27,122 bases of DNA from a virus (Duplodnaviria; Caudoviricetes), in IMG/VR virus record IMGVR_UViG_3300012231_000038, positions 1 through 27,122 of that record; one strand, given 5' to 3'. The translations under genes were made by a program, and so were the position numbers. The notes below the pieces were generated by a model. It saw nothing but the letters and a program-made list of their open reading frames with translations, had not been told where the DNA came from and searched no databases. Below are positions 25,080 through 27,122 of the stretch, piece after piece. How positions within the stretch are numbered: the first letter of the stretch is position 1; each line of letters opens with the position of its first letter.

Positions 25080-26441
25080 GTGGCCAACCGGGTTACGTAC
25101 ACGTTCCTCCTCGCGGACCGCTTCTCGTCCATCGCGCGGCGGATCAAGTCCTCGGCCGCTGGCATGCGGGACTCCATGCGGAGCGTGGCGGAGTCCGCCA
25201 AGGCCGCGAGCCAGCAGCTCAAGAGCGCGGGCAAGGCCGCCAAGGACTTCGGCAAGAAGGCGACCATCGTCTCGGCCGCGGTCTTCGGCCTCGGACTCAT
25301 GGCCGTCAGCCAGGCAGCGAAGTTCGAGCAGATGGAGATCGCCTTCAAGACGGCGACCGGGAGCGCCGAGAAGGCTCACGCCGTCTTCGAGAACCTGAAG
25401 CAGTTCGCGGCCGAGACGCCCTTCGAGCTCGAGGGGCTGGGCGACGCGATGAAGACCCTGCTGTTCGCCGGCGTCTCGATCGAGGAGTCGCAGAGCACCC
25501 TCCGACAGCTCGGCGACGTCGCCTCTTCTACCAACAGGGACCTCGGCGACCTCGCCTTCGTCTTCTCCAAGATCAAGAACGCGGGGAAGGTGACCGGCGA
25601 GGAGATGCGGCAGCTGAATGCCGCCGGCCTGGGAGCGTCAGTCTTCGCGCAGGAGTTCAAAGTATCTGGGAATCAGCTCAACAAGATCATGGAGCGGGGC
25701 GGCATCACCTTCGAGCACTTCGCTCAGGTGCTCCGGAAGTCGACCTCCGAGGGCGGCAAGTTCTTCCGCGGCATGATCGAACAGTCCCGCACGACCCTCG
25801 GCCTGTGGTCCACGCTGAAGGACAACTTCAACCTCGCGAGCGCGGCCCTCGGAGAAGTGATCATCCAGCAGCTGAACCTCAAGGGCGTGATGACGTACCT
25901 GATCGGCGAGACGTCAGAGTTCGCCAAGAACATCAAGGGCTGGGCGGCCGCACACCCGGTCCTCGCGAAGCTCGCTACTTGGTTCGGGGTCCTGGTCATC
26001 CTCATCGCTCCGCTCGCCTTCGCCGCGGCCGGATTCCTCTCGATCCTCGGGCTCATGGCCGCCGGCGCGGCCTTGCTTGGAACGGGAGTCACGGCCCTCG
26101 TCGGGGGCTTCATCGCCCTCGCGGCCGCGTTCGCCGCGGGCTACGCCTTTGGAACCCTGCTCGTCGAGAGCTTCGGCGCGATCAAGGACGCCGTGGTGGG
26201 CACCCTCAAGGAGATCTCGGCGCAGATCCTCAGGGTGCAGGACTCCATCACGGGCTTCGTCACCGGGAACGTCGGCAAGGCCCTCAAGTTCCTGGGCGAG
26301 GTGTTCGTCAGCGAGAAGAGCCAGACCGACGTGAACGTGAACGTGAACGCGCCTCGGGGGGCCGTGAGGTCCGTCAACAGCGTCACCACGGGAAGGGTCG
26401 CGGGCCTGAACGTGGGCGTGGCGATGCGCGAGGCATTGTGA
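25080..26441 (+). CDS. Tape measure protein (short)
   Basis: Tape-measure domain pattern FAAETPFEL...LGDVAS...GK.TGEE..QL and an Ala/Gly-rich hydrophobic C-terminal part. Confidence 0.9.
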   Translation: MANRVTYTFLLADRFSSIARRIKSSAAGMRDSMRSVAESAKAASQQLKSAGKAAKDFGKKATIVSAAVFGLGLMAVSQAAKFEQMEIAFKTATGSAEKAHAVFENLKQFAAETPFELEGLGDAMKTLLFAGVSIEESQSTLRQLGDVASSTNRDLGDLAFVFSKIKNAGKVTGEEMRQLNAAGLGASVFAQEFKVSGNQLNKIMERGGITFEHFAQVLRKSTSEGGKFFRGMIEQSRTTLGLWSTLKDNFNLASAALGEVIIQQLNLKGVMTYLIGETSEFAKNIKGWAAAHPVLAKLATWFGVLVILIAPLAFAAAGFLSILGLMAAGAALLGTGVTALVGGFIALAAAFAAGYAFGTLLVESFGAIKDAVVGTLKEISAQILRVQDSITGFVTGNVGKALKFLGEVFVSEKSQTDVNVNVNAPRGAVRSVNSVTTGRVAGLNVGVAMREAL

Positions 26442-27122
26442 TGGAGCCTCAGGATCTCCTCCCCGCGTCTTACAAAGGAGCCTTGTTCTTCGTCTCCACG
26501 GCTGCCATTGACGGAGGTCGCAAGGACGCGAAGAAGGAGTTCGTAGACTCCGACCTCCAGGTGATCGAGGACCTCGGGCTTCGCCAGCGCGTCTTCGCCT
26601 TGACCGGCACGGTGGCCCCCCGCCGAGATGCCGCGGGCCTCGTGATCCAGTCGTATCAGGACGTGCGCGACGGGCTCCTGCGGGCTCTCGAGTCCGGGGG
26701 CCCGGGGATCCTGATCCACCCGTTCTTGGGCCGCCTCGAGCAGATCGTGGCGAGGACCTACTCCCTCCGCGAGTCCACCACGCAGCTGGGCGACTCGCCC
26801 ATCGACATCACGTTCGAGGTCAGCAACTCGGACGGGCTGCCGCAGGCCGAGGAGGACGTGCTCGGCTCCGTCCTCGCCGCGCAAGATTCCGTCTCGACCG
26901 CCGTGGGGGCCGACGTCGCCGACCGCTTCTCGGTCACGGCCGCCTTCACGGGGAACTTCCGCGACGCCCTCGACAAGCTCGACTCCTTCGTCGGCGCGGT
27001 GCAGTCTGCCACGCAGCCGGCGGCGATCGAGGCCTCGGAGCTCGACGAGTTCAGCCGCGAGGTGGCGGACTTCTCCGAGACGATCGCCTCGCTGGTGAGC
27101 TCACCTCAGGACCTGTCTGACC
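26441..27122 (+). CDS. Mu gpN-like DNA circularization protein (3'-truncated, absent from the ORF track)
   Basis: Motifs LLPASYKGALFFV, GGRK...EF, IEDLGLR and ALESGGPGILIHPFLG. Confidence 0.88.
   Translation, partial: MEPQDLLPASYKGALFFVSTAAIDGGRKDAKKEFVDSDLQVIEDLGLRQRVFALTGTVAPRRDAAGLVIQSYQDVRDGLLRALESGGPGILIHPFLGRLEQIVARTYSLRESTTQLGDSPIDITFEVSNSDGLPQAEEDVLGSVLAAQDSVSTAVGADVADRFSVTAAFTGNFRDALDKLDSFVGAVQSATQPAAIEASELDEFSREVADFSETIASLVSSPQDLSD

Noticed and set aside
1-27122. Integrase, att sites, CRISPR arrays, rRNA/tRNA, IS elements, holin/endolysin
   Set aside because: None was recognised in this window, so lifestyle and host cannot be determined from it.

Overview
A high-GC tailed-phage (or prophage) segment, with every credible gene on the + strand. 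In order it holds: the 3' part of a PriCT-2/VapE-type primase-helicase, an AT-rich iteron-flanked putative origin, a VRR-NUC nuclease, several small hypothetical genes, small and large terminase, an HK97-type portal, a phospholipase A2-like lipoprotein, a 977-aa MuF/prohead-protease composite ORF, an HK97 major capsid and a capsid-associated protein. These are followed by two tandem paralogous signal-peptide proteins, a head-tail connector, a ~5 kb block of fibre/LamG-type genes, head closure, a gp10-like neck protein and a tail terminator-like protein. The window ends with a Mu-like contractile tail: sheath, tube, frameshifting chaperone, short tape measure and a truncated gpN-like protein. 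The most unusual signals are: (1) the MuF-protease ORF, which contains apparent ADP-ribosyltransferase fragments, a nested out-of-frame micro-gene and an internal promoter/start; (2) a branched RNA structure in front of the two secreted paralogs; (3) a recurring TAnnnT box 6-8 nt before start codons, suggesting leaderless transcription; (4) an Acb2/Tad1-like hairpin protein between the terminase subunits. All family assignments come from motif recognition by eye; no searches were run.
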